The notes beneath the pieces were generated by a model that saw only the letters and a program-made list of their open reading frames with translations, did no database searches and was not told the origin of the DNA. The position numbers were made by a program, and so were the translations under genes. 64,000 nt of DNA. Origin: an uncultured Chlorobiota bacterium. Its GTDB lineage: Bacteria > Bacteroidota > Bacteroidia > Bacteroidales > JAADGE01. Positions 29,573-37,817 of the stretch are shown here, one piece after another; within the stretch, counting starts at the first letter, position 1; the number at the start of each line of letters is the position of its first letter. The stretch is taken from positions 5,364 to 69,363 of the forward strand of contig CAMZKV010000004.1 in assembly GCA_947311445.1 (NCBI GenBank), in the 5' to 3' direction.

Positions 29573-31078
29573 ATGTTTACAGATAAAGATTTAAAACAAT
29601 TTTCTGAAAAAGGAGTAAGTGAAGAAAAAATAAATATTCAAATTGAAAACTTTAAAAAAGGATTTCCTTTTGTAAACATAATTAAAGCTGCAACAGTTAA
29701 TGATGGAATAATTAAAATAAAAAATGAAGATATTGACAGTTTTGTTAAAAAGTATGAAAAAATATTAAAAAAAGAGAAGACTGTAAAATTTGTTCCGGCT
29801 TCGGGTGCTGCAAGCAGGATGTTTAAACAATTATTTGAATTTAAGGACAGTAAAAATCAATTGTTGAAAGAAGAGGATTTTAGTTCAGTATTTAATTTTT
29901 TTAAAGAAATTGAAAGTTTTGCTTTTTTTCCAGACTTAAAATCTGTTTGTAGGAATGATATTAATTTTAAAACCGATTATAAAGAAATTTTAGAGAATTT
30001 ATTAGAACCAATAGGTTTAAATTATGGTAATTTACCAAAAGGCTTGTTAAAATTTCATAAATATAAAAATACATCAAGAACTCCGGCAGAAGAACATTTA
30101 GTTGAAGGTGCCGAATATTCTAATTCTGGCGGGAAAGTAAACATTCATTTTACAGTTTCTCCAGAGCATCAGGTTGGATTTGAAAATCATATTAATGAAA
30201 TTAGGCATATATATGAAGGAAAATATAATGTTGTTTTTAATATTGAGTTTTCAGCACAAAAGCCTGAAACTGATACAATTGCAGTTGATTTAGAAAATGT
30301 CCCTTTTAGAGAATTAAATGGAGATATCCTTTTTAGACCCGGCGGGCATGGTGCATTAATTGAAAACTTAAATGATATTGAAGCTGATATTATTTTTGTA
30401 AAAAATATTGACAATGTTGTTCCGGAGAAGTTAAAAAGAGATACGGTAATTTATAAAAAAGCATTGGCGGGAATTTTAATTAATAAACGAAATCAAGTTT
30501 TTGATTATATAAAAAGACTTCTTAAAAACCCGGAAATTAGTTTGATAAATGAAGTTAAAAGTTTTCTTGAAACTGAGCTTTTTATTACTCTTGATAATAA
30601 ATTTTCATTTAAAAATAATTTAGAAAAAGTAAATTATCTAATTTCAAAGCTAAATCGTCCGATAAGAGTATGTGGAATGGTGAGAAATGAAGGAGAACCT
30701 GGAGGAGGACCTTTTTTTGTAAAAAAGGATAGTGGTTCAGTTTCTTTGCAGATTGTTGAAGGTGCTCAAATTGATATGAATAACAAAAGTAAAGTAAAAA
30801 TTGTTGAAAATGCAACTCATTTTAACCCTGTTGATTTGATCCTAGCAGTTAAGGATTATAAAGGAAATTCTTTTGATTTAACTAGATATATTGATGCTGA
30901 AACAGGTTTTATTTCACAAAAGTCTAAAGACGGAAAAAATATAAAAGCACAAGAACTTCCGGGACTATGGAATGGTGCTATGGCAAAGTGGAATACAGTT
31001 TTTGCAGAAGTTCCTGTTTCAACTTTTAATCCTGTTAAAACCGTTAATGATTTGTTAAGGGAAACGCATAAAGCCTGA
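29573..31078 (+). CDS. DUF4301 family protein
   Basis: 501 aa; blocks FVPASGAASRMFK, FRPGGHGALIENL and RVCGMVRNEGEPGGGPFF that I associate with DUF4301. Confidence 0.6.
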   Translation: MFTDKDLKQFSEKGVSEEKINIQIENFKKGFPFVNIIKAATVNDGIIKIKNEDIDSFVKKYEKILKKEKTVKFVPASGAASRMFKQLFEFKDSKNQLLKEEDFSSVFNFFKEIESFAFFPDLKSVCRNDINFKTDYKEILENLLEPIGLNYGNLPKGLLKFHKYKNTSRTPAEEHLVEGAEYSNSGGKVNIHFTVSPEHQVGFENHINEIRHIYEGKYNVVFNIEFSAQKPETDTIAVDLENVPFRELNGDILFRPGGHGALIENLNDIEADIIFVKNIDNVVPEKLKRDTVIYKKALAGILINKRNQVFDYIKRLLKNPEISLINEVKSFLETELFITLDNKFSFKNNLEKVNYLISKLNRPIRVCGMVRNEGEPGGGPFFVKKDSGSVSLQIVEGAQIDMNNKSKVKIVENATHFNPVDLILAVKDYKGNSFDLTRYIDAETGFISQKSKDGKNIKAQELPGLWNGAMAKWNTVFAEVPVSTFNPVKTVNDLLRETHKA

Positions 31079-31106
31079 AAAAAAATCAATAAAAACTTAC
31101 ATTAAT

Positions 31107-32279
31107 TTATATTACTAACTGCAGAATAAAATAAGAAGTTTTAGTGTTTATGTTTTTAAAAAGGTAATAGATATTATTATTATTTTTTAACTTCATATCT
31201 ATTAAATTTAAATCGGGTTTTTTAGAAACATCAAATGCGTAAAATTGCTCAATATAATTTCGTATTTTTGCTAATCCGTCAGGATTTGTTTTGTTAATGA
31301 TTCTTATTTTACTGCCTAATATTATTGCTTTATCATTTAAAATAAGATTTCCCGCAGTTAAATATATTTTTTTACCTTTTTTACTTAATAAAAACACGCC
31401 TCTACTATTTCTCTTTCTGGGAGTATTCCCATTTTGGTCTTCAAATTTATCTGCGAAATCAATAATATTCCTTAGTGCTTTTACTGTGAAATCAAAAACT
31501 TTCTTTTTTATTTCATTACCTCCAATTGAATGAGATTCAATTATAGGCAAAAGGTGTGTGAGATTTTCAAAGGCAAAAGAACCGTTAAAATTAAGAAGAA
31601 TGTTATCTTCATTTAGTAAATCATGAAATTTTGATATCCTTTTTAGAGAAAATAATTTATCATTTACTACCTCTTTGAAAGTGTCAGAAAAAACTAATCT
31701 TATTTGAAAATAAAAATAAGAATATGAATCATTTATTTTTTTAAAATAAAAATCAAATCTGCCTTTTGTTCTTCTTGCCATTCCAATTATGCCAAGACCT
31801 CCTCCTCCTTTTTCAGAAATAATACCGTCAGTCATTTTTTTATGGTAAGCTTTCTTTAAACTTTCATTATTATGATTCTTTATTTCTGATAAGTATTGTT
31901 CAAGTTCTAATATATTTTTATTTTCAATTACATTTCCGGTACTAATAAATATAGAGTCTTTTGTTTTTTGTATAACAAAAAGGCTTTTATTGTCAACATC
32001 TTCATCTTCAGATTTATCTTGATGTCTTATTACATTTTGAAGAGTTTCAATTAAAATAGAAGATATCTTCTTCCTGCTTCCCGAAACATCTTTATCATTG
32101 ACAAATTTTGCATCTGCTAGTCCTAATATACTTTCTGTTATTTTTTCAGAAAAATTGCCTCTATAGACATATTCAACGTATTCTTCATCAACTGATTCAG
32201 TCATTTTATATGCTAAATCAATTTGAGAAACATTTGTTTCCTTTTCTATAAAAAAATTATTTGAAATAAAATCTTTCAT
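31107..32279 (-). CDS. SiaB-like GHKL serine/threonine kinase fused to a degenerate second SiaB-like domain
   Basis: 390 aa. The N-terminal half has N-box-like ETLQNVIRH and ATP-lid EKGGGGLGIIGMARR (anti-sigma/SiaB kinase type). The C-terminal half aligns block for block but has KALRNIIDF and KKPDLNLIDMKLK instead. Confidence 0.6.
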   Translation of the reverse strand: MKDFISNNFFIEKETNVSQIDLAYKMTESVDEEYVEYVYRGNFSEKITESILGLADAKFVNDKDVSGSRKKISSILIETLQNVIRHQDKSEDEDVDNKSLFVIQKTKDSIFISTGNVIENKNILELEQYLSEIKNHNNESLKKAYHKKMTDGIISEKGGGGLGIIGMARRTKGRFDFYFKKINDSYSYFYFQIRLVFSDTFKEVVNDKLFSLKRISKFHDLLNEDNILLNFNGSFAFENLTHLLPIIESHSIGGNEIKKKVFDFTVKALRNIIDFADKFEDQNGNTPRKRNSRGVFLLSKKGKKIYLTAGNLILNDKAIILGSKIRIINKTNPDGLAKIRNYIEQFYAFDVSKKPDLNLIDMKLKNNNNIYYLFKNINTKTSYFILQLVI

Positions 32280-32391
32280 TTGTCTAATTTTGTCTAATTA
32301 ATTATTGTTCAATAAGTTGATTAAATAATTATACTTACAATAATTGTTTGCTTTGCACATAGAAGCATTTGCTTTTGTCTGCAAGCAATCA

Positions 32392-32428
32392 TTGTGCTTA
32401 AAAATAGTTATTCCCTTGTGCTTAAAAA
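32392..32428. repeat. 13-bp perfect direct repeat TTGTGCTTAAAAA x2, upstream of the SiaB-like gene
   Basis: Copies at 32392-32404 and 32416-32428, with starts 24 bp apart. Confidence 0.7.
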
Positions 32429-32468
32429 CTTTTGTCATGAGTGTTTCAGATATTAACAGTTAATATTT

Positions 32469-33572
32469 TTATTCTGCATTTATTATTTTACCAAGAAGAT
32501 ATTTTTTAAACATTGATTTTTTTCCATTTTCGTTATAAAAAACCCAAATTTCATTTTTTAAATCACCTTTATAATTTCCTTCTGAGGAAACGTGTCCGTT
32601 TTTATAGTAAAATTTCCATTTTCCTTCAGCTAATCCTTTTTTAAATTTTCCAATTTGTTTTAAATTTCCATTTGTAAAATAAACTTTCCAAATTCCTTCA
32701 AATTTTCCATTCAGGTAGTTTCCTTCAGAAAATATTTTTTTATTAGGGTAATATGATTTCCAATGTCCAATTCTCTTATCTTCATTATATTGCCCCTCTT
32801 CTGCAAGTATTCCATTTGCATGATATACTTTGTATTCTCCATTGATATGCCCATTTTTATAATGATAAACTCCGCTTAAAGTTTTGTTTTTATAAAACGC
32901 ATAAAACTTGCTATTTAGTTTTCCGTTTTCATAAAAGCATTTCCTTTGTAAGTTGTTATTTTTATAATAAACATATAGAGTATCAAAATATAAATCACCT
33001 TTTTTTTTTCCTTTATAATTTAACTCTCCTGTATCATAATAGGTTTCAAAATAACCTTCAATTCTATTATTCTTATATGTAAGCAATTCTTCTTTTAATC
33101 CGTCTTCTTTAAATTTTTCAACAGTTCCGTGTAAAATTCCATTTTTGTATTGCCCTATAATTTTAATTTTTCCATTCAAATAATAAGTTGTAAGTTTTCC
33201 TTCGGGTAAGTTATTTTTATACTTGCCCTCTTGTTCTAATTCTCCGGTTTTATAATAGTGATAAAATTTACCATTTTTATTGTTTTCGTGAAAATGAATT
33301 TTTGATTTTATTTCTCCTGTTTTGTAATATAAAATCCAGTCTCCTTCCAAATTATTATTAAAGAAAATACCTTCTTGTAATTTTTTGCCATTTTTAGAAA
33401 AGAATATATATTTTCCATTCTTTATTGTGTCATTTGCTTTTATTTCAGCAAAATATTTTTCTTTTACACGATTATTTGTGTCAGAATAATAACTCACAAA
33501 ACTTTTTTGGGCATAAGTTAAAATTGGCAAAAAGAATATATAAAAAGTAAGGAAAACAATAGGCTTATTCAT
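32469..33572 (-). CDS. Secreted MORN-variant repeat protein (YwqK-like)
   Basis: 367 aa; signal peptide; about 14 consecutive ~23-aa repeats of the G-x-W/Y-x-x-Y-Y-x-N-G-x-L/I type. Confidence 0.75.
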   Translation of the reverse strand: MNKPIVFLTFYIFFLPILTYAQKSFVSYYSDTNNRVKEKYFAEIKANDTIKNGKYIFFSKNGKKLQEGIFFNNNLEGDWILYYKTGEIKSKIHFHENNKNGKFYHYYKTGELEQEGKYKNNLPEGKLTTYYLNGKIKIIGQYKNGILHGTVEKFKEDGLKEELLTYKNNRIEGYFETYYDTGELNYKGKKKGDLYFDTLYVYYKNNNLQRKCFYENGKLNSKFYAFYKNKTLSGVYHYKNGHINGEYKVYHANGILAEEGQYNEDKRIGHWKSYYPNKKIFSEGNYLNGKFEGIWKVYFTNGNLKQIGKFKKGLAEGKWKFYYKNGHVSSEGNYKGDLKNEIWVFYNENGKKSMFKKYLLGKIINAE

Positions 33573-33597
33573 AGTGTAAAACTATAGAGTTTTTATA

Positions 33598-34431
33598 TTA
33601 TTCTTTTTCTTTTTTCTTGTCAATAACTAAGAGTGTTTCTTTCAATCTTACTCCTTTAATTGTGGTAGCTTTGCCATAATCTAAAAGGGCAACTAATTCA
33701 TATTTTCCGGGCATCATTGTCTTAGGCAAAGTAAACTGAACATTTCTTTTGCAATTTGGGTATGAATCTAAATAAATAGGGTCAAACCTTATTTCTTCGG
33801 CAGTAGTCATGTCAGATGCAATAAAAGTAACTTTACATTTTTCTATAAGTTGTCCTTTGTTTTCAATTACAGCTGAAAAAATACGCCCAATTGAGTCTGT
33901 ACTGTTATTTTCTTTCAAATACTTTATTGTTAAGTCCGATTTTGCATCTGAAACTGGTTTTCTAAATACATGGACAGCAATTCTTCCACTTAAATTAATA
34001 CCTGCACCAATAGCCGATTTGTCCACATCAAAACTAACTTGTTCTTTAACTGTTTGAATGTACATTATTGCCCATCTTGAAGTGTTGTCTTCGGCAGGAG
34101 ATTCTAGAGTAACTTTTAAATTAATTTGTTCATTTGGATTTATCTCAAAAAAAGTTTTTTCAATTGTTATCCAGTCTGCACAAGAATTTTTAGAAGAATT
34201 TCTTTTCATAATCTGTTTATTGCCGTTCACATCAACCGTGAAATCCGCAAAAGTAACAGAAAAAGATGTTTTAAAATTTGAGTGGTTTTTTACAGACAAT
34301 AATTTTGTTTGAGACTCTCCCTCATCAACGGTAAATTCCATTATAACAGGAGAAACCTCAAAGTCTTGAGAGTATATATTTTTATTAATATTAAAAAAAA
34401 TTAGTATAAATAATCCAATGTATTTAAGCAT
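33598..34431 (-). CDS. Secreted two-block all-beta (Ig-like) protein, possible periplasmic chaperone-like component
   Basis: The ORF track starts at TTG 34476. I prefer the in-frame ATG at 34431 (MLKYIGLFILIFFNINKNIYSQ signal peptide), because 34474-34481 is a TAnnTTTG box. The mature ~255 aa shows alternating beta patterns in two blocks (FEVSPVIMEFTVDEGESQTKLLSVKNHS ... ; ... KCKVTFIASDM ... PGKYELVALLDYG). The functional call is inference only. Confidence 0.45.
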   Translation of the reverse strand: MLKYIGLFILIFFNINKNIYSQDFEVSPVIMEFTVDEGESQTKLLSVKNHSNFKTSFSVTFADFTVDVNGNKQIMKRNSSKNSCADWITIEKTFFEINPNEQINLKVTLESPAEDNTSRWAIMYIQTVKEQVSFDVDKSAIGAGINLSGRIAVHVFRKPVSDAKSDLTIKYLKENNSTDSIGRIFSAVIENKGQLIEKCKVTFIASDMTTAEEIRFDPIYLDSYPNCKRNVQFTLPKTMMPGKYELVALLDYGKATTIKGVRLKETLLVIDKKKEKE

Positions 34432-34473
34432 TTTTTTGGTGTTTTTTATTAAATTTCTTTTTATTAAAATTTT

Positions 34474-34481
34474 CAAATTTA
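34474..34481 (-). promoter_or_regulatory. -7 box for Ig-like/MORN operon
   Basis: TAAATTTG on the minus strand, 42 nt before ATG 34431. Confidence 0.45.
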
Positions 34482-34632
34482 AAAAAATATATTAATTTTC
34501 CCAACTAAATAAACCAAAAAACCATATATTAATATTAAAACGGCACCATAGAAACACTATATTTTTCCTATTATAATTGAGAAAGCGGTATCGTTTAGAA
34601 TTAATATTTATAGTTTTAATTAAACTGTAAAA

Positions 34633-36537
34633 ATGAAAACAACTAAATTTTATACTGTTTTTTTGATAGTAATTTTAATACTCTCTTTTAATATTCAGTC
34701 CTTTTCTCAATTTTCGGATAAAGATAAAGAAAAATTAAATAAATATTTGGCTTCGGCAAAAGAATATCAAAAAAATGACGAAAATAAAAAAGCTGCAAAC
34801 CAATATTACAAAGCCGGTAGATTTTGTTTAACTAAAGGGGAAAACAAGAAAGCAATACCTTATTTTAAAGAATCATATAAAATTTATGGGCAAATTAAAG
34901 ATTTTCAAAATGTAATGAAAATATACAGTAATTTAGGGTTATTATATGCAAATTTAGACCAAAATGACAAGGCATTATTATATTTTCAAAAAAGTTTAAA
35001 AATAAGAAAAAATTTAGGAGATAAATCTCAGATTTCATCTGGTTTATTAGATTATGCCTATGTTTTGGCAATTAAGGATGATTATAAAAATGCAATAAAA
35101 AATACAATTAGAGCTCTCGATATTGCAAATGAAATTCAAAATCCAAAACTTCTTCTTATTAGCTATAGAATGCTTGCAGAAAATTACCAGAAAATTGGCA
35201 ATGAACAAAAAGCTGCCGAATATCTTGATAAGTTTGCTTCGTACAGACAACACTTTAAGGAAACAAAAACAAAAGAGTTGGTAACAGAAGAAAGGATCAA
35301 ATCAATTGCAGAACTCAGCATTAAAGATGCTGAAGCAAAAGCAAAACAGCTCGAATATGAATTAATGAAAAAAAACAAAGAGTTTATTGAAGATACATTA
35401 AATAGGGCTATTGAAATTCAACGAGCAATGATAAAAGCTAAAAACGATTCAATTGCACGTGTTGAAGCTATTGTAGAGCAAGAAAAAATGAAAAACGAAT
35501 TAGTGAAGGCTGAACTTAACAGAGATAAAGCCCAACAAAGATTAACATTGATAATATTTTCCAGTATAGTAGCTTTTGTTCTATTTATTGCTCTTGTATT
35601 GCTTTTTAACATAAAAAGAAGAAAGAAACATAATAAAATGTTATCAATAACTAACCAAAAAATTGCAGAGCAGAATAAAAAAATTGAAATAAAAAATGAA
35701 GAGCTTACTAGTGCTTTCATGAAAATTGAAAGTCAAAATTATGATATAAATTCAAGTATAAATTATGCTGTTAATATCCAAAGAGCACTACTCCCTCCGC
35801 AAAGGAATTTAAATAAATACATAGACAATTCATTTATTTTTTTTAAACCAAGAGATAAAGTTAGTGGTGATTTTTATTGGTTCAAAAATATTGCAATTGA
35901 GAATGGAGATGAAATAATTGAAAAAACTTTTGTTTCAACAATTGATTGTACGGGGCATGGAATTCCGGGTGCATTTTTATCAATGATGAGTTATAACTTG
36001 CTTGAAAATATAATTGAACAAAAGAAAATTTATGAACCCGCAAAAATTCTTGATGAATTACATGAAGGGGTAAGAAAATCTTTAAGGCAAGACACATCTG
36101 AAAATAGAGATGGGATGGATATGTCTTTGTGTTGTTATGACAAAAAAAGTAACTTATTGGAATTTGCAGGAGCAAAGAACCCACTAATATATATTAAAGA
36201 TAATAAATTAGATAGAATAAAAGGAGATATAAAACCAATTGGCGGGGTTATTTTTGATAAAACTGAAACAAAAAGATTTACTAACTATTCTATTGAAATA
36301 GATGAGCCAACAACGGTATATATATACTCAGATGGATTTGCTGACCAAACAGGAGAAGAAACAGGAAGAAAGTTAATGTCTAAGTTTTTTAGGAATCTAT
36401 TATTTGAAATTCATAAAAAACCCATGGAAAATCAAAGAGATATTTTGAAACTTTTTTTACAAAAATGGCAAGGAAGTATTGAACAAACTGACGATATACT
36501 AGTAATTGGGTTTAAACTATTTCCAAATAATATTTGA
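34633..36537 (+). CDS. Periplasmic TPR sensor / single TM / cytoplasmic PP2C-SpoIIE serine phosphatase
   Basis: 634 aa; signal peptide; TPR-like repeats (residues ~40-200); coiled coil; TM LTLIIFSSIVAFVLFIALVLLF; PP2C block IDCTGHGIPGAFLSMMSY ... YSDGFADQTG ... DDILVIGFKL. Confidence 0.8.
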   Translation: MKTTKFYTVFLIVILILSFNIQSFSQFSDKDKEKLNKYLASAKEYQKNDENKKAANQYYKAGRFCLTKGENKKAIPYFKESYKIYGQIKDFQNVMKIYSNLGLLYANLDQNDKALLYFQKSLKIRKNLGDKSQISSGLLDYAYVLAIKDDYKNAIKNTIRALDIANEIQNPKLLLISYRMLAENYQKIGNEQKAAEYLDKFASYRQHFKETKTKELVTEERIKSIAELSIKDAEAKAKQLEYELMKKNKEFIEDTLNRAIEIQRAMIKAKNDSIARVEAIVEQEKMKNELVKAELNRDKAQQRLTLIIFSSIVAFVLFIALVLLFNIKRRKKHNKMLSITNQKIAEQNKKIEIKNEELTSAFMKIESQNYDINSSINYAVNIQRALLPPQRNLNKYIDNSFIFFKPRDKVSGDFYWFKNIAIENGDEIIEKTFVSTIDCTGHGIPGAFLSMMSYNLLENIIEQKKIYEPAKILDELHEGVRKSLRQDTSENRDGMDMSLCCYDKKSNLLEFAGAKNPLIYIKDNKLDRIKGDIKPIGGVIFDKTETKRFTNYSIEIDEPTTVYIYSDGFADQTGEETGRKLMSKFFRNLLFEIHKKPMENQRDILKLFLQKWQGSIEQTDDILVIGFKLFPNNI

Positions 36538-36606
36538 TATTTCAAAATAAACTAATACATTTACACATTAAAACTTAAATTTTTAAACCATTTAAATTCA
36601 AATAAC

Positions 36607-37200
36607 ATGAAAAAATTTACAATTTCAATTTTAGCAATTATCCTTTCAATAGGAAGTATGCTTTCACAACCAGTATCTGATCAAGGAATTATTCCTGTGG
36701 GGATTACTTTAAATTCAATTTTAAGATTAAATGTAACCGGAGGAGGAAATCTTGAGTATGTTATTAACACTATAGATCAATATACAAATGGTGTTGGACA
36801 ACCAAATGCACTTTATCAAACACATTTTACAGTTGCTTCATCCGTTGATTTTGATGTAACTTTAATGGCAGATGCAACAGATTTTTTTGGAGTTGATGAT
36901 GCTACGCATAATATTCCTTTAAATAATTTAGGTTATGAAGTAACTGAACAAGGTACAGGAACTCATGGTACAAACTGGGATTTACTAGCAGGAGTTCAAC
37001 CTCTTACAAATAGTGCAGCTACAATTATTGCAGGTAATTATTTGGGAGCAGGGGCAGGAGACATTAATCAAAATCTTTTCACTCTTGAATGGAGACTTGG
37101 AACAGGAGAAGGTTCTATGAATGGTTCGTCTTTGTTAGCACAAAGTATTACATCTGATAGATATGTTGTAAATGTTATTCTAGAACTAAGTCAGCATTAA
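36607..37200 (+). CDS. Small secreted all-beta protein A (paralogue of 37252..37773)
   Basis: 197 aa; signal peptide MKKFTISILAIILSIGSMLSQ; no Cys; Gly/Thr/Asn-rich beta pattern; 69 nt after the PP2C gene with no hairpin between. Confidence 0.6.
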   Translation: MKKFTISILAIILSIGSMLSQPVSDQGIIPVGITLNSILRLNVTGGGNLEYVINTIDQYTNGVGQPNALYQTHFTVASSVDFDVTLMADATDFFGVDDATHNIPLNNLGYEVTEQGTGTHGTNWDLLAGVQPLTNSAATIIAGNYLGAGAGDINQNLFTLEWRLGTGEGSMNGSSLLAQSITSDRYVVNVILELSQH

Positions 37201-37251
37201 CAATTTAAAATTAGAAAATTTGTTTTATTTCATAGTGATTTATTGTTCTTG

Positions 37252-37773
37252 ATGAAGTATATAATATTTTTATTTCTGGTTTGTGGTACATTAAGCTTAT
37301 CGGGACAAGTTACTTCAAGGTTAACAATACAGTCTGGCAGTAATATCAATTTTAATTTTCAATTATTAGATCATTATAATAATGGTGTTTCATATAATAA
37401 TTGGACGCATTTGACTGTTTTTTTTGAAGACTTAGGGGATCCCTTACGCGAGTGGAAATTAAGTGTAGAAGCTACTACTCCAGTAATACAAGGAGATGCC
37501 GGAAACAGTTTACCGCTTAGTACTATTGAATTTTCCGTATCAGGAGACGATGCAGCAGCAACATACTTTAATGATGTTTCTCATGCTGTTTTATCTCCTG
37601 TTTCAACTAATTTGGTTGAAGATGGGCAACAAACAACTACTCCTGGTGTTTTAACTAATTTGTTTATTTCATATCATTGCGGGAAAAGCGTTTATGTTGC
37701 TAATAATTCGTTAATAGGAAAAACCCCAGATTATTATTATGCTGAAATTTTATATACTTTAGAACCGGAATAG
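37252..37773 (+). CDS. Small secreted all-beta protein B (paralogue of 36607..37200)
   Basis: The ORF track starts at TTG 37243; ATG 37252 gives MKYIIFLFLVCGTLSLSGQ. Shares ordered motifs with protein A (see findings). Confidence 0.55.
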   Translation: MKYIIFLFLVCGTLSLSGQVTSRLTIQSGSNINFNFQLLDHYNNGVSYNNWTHLTVFFEDLGDPLREWKLSVEATTPVIQGDAGNSLPLSTIEFSVSGDDAAATYFNDVSHAVLSPVSTNLVEDGQQTTTPGVLTNLFISYHCGKSVYVANNSLIGKTPDYYYAEILYTLEPE

Positions 37774-37817
37774 TTTTTATAAAGAGCTTTTCTTTTCAAT
37801 ATTCATAATCTCAATTA

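Noticed and set aside
32383-32399. A sigma-54-like element on the minus strand, AAGCAC-N5-TTGC, about 100 nt upstream of the SiaB-like gene.
   Set aside because: The invariant GG of the -24 element (TGGCAC) reads AG here. The motif is part of the TTGTGCTTAAAAA direct repeat, and the second copy of that repeat lacks the TTGC. It would be worth testing only if a genome-wide RpoN motif model tolerates AG.
34541-34557. CGGCAC in the divergent control region of the envelope locus, a possible sigma-54 -24 box.
   Set aside because: The sequence at the -12 position is AAAC, not TTGC, so only half a motif is present.
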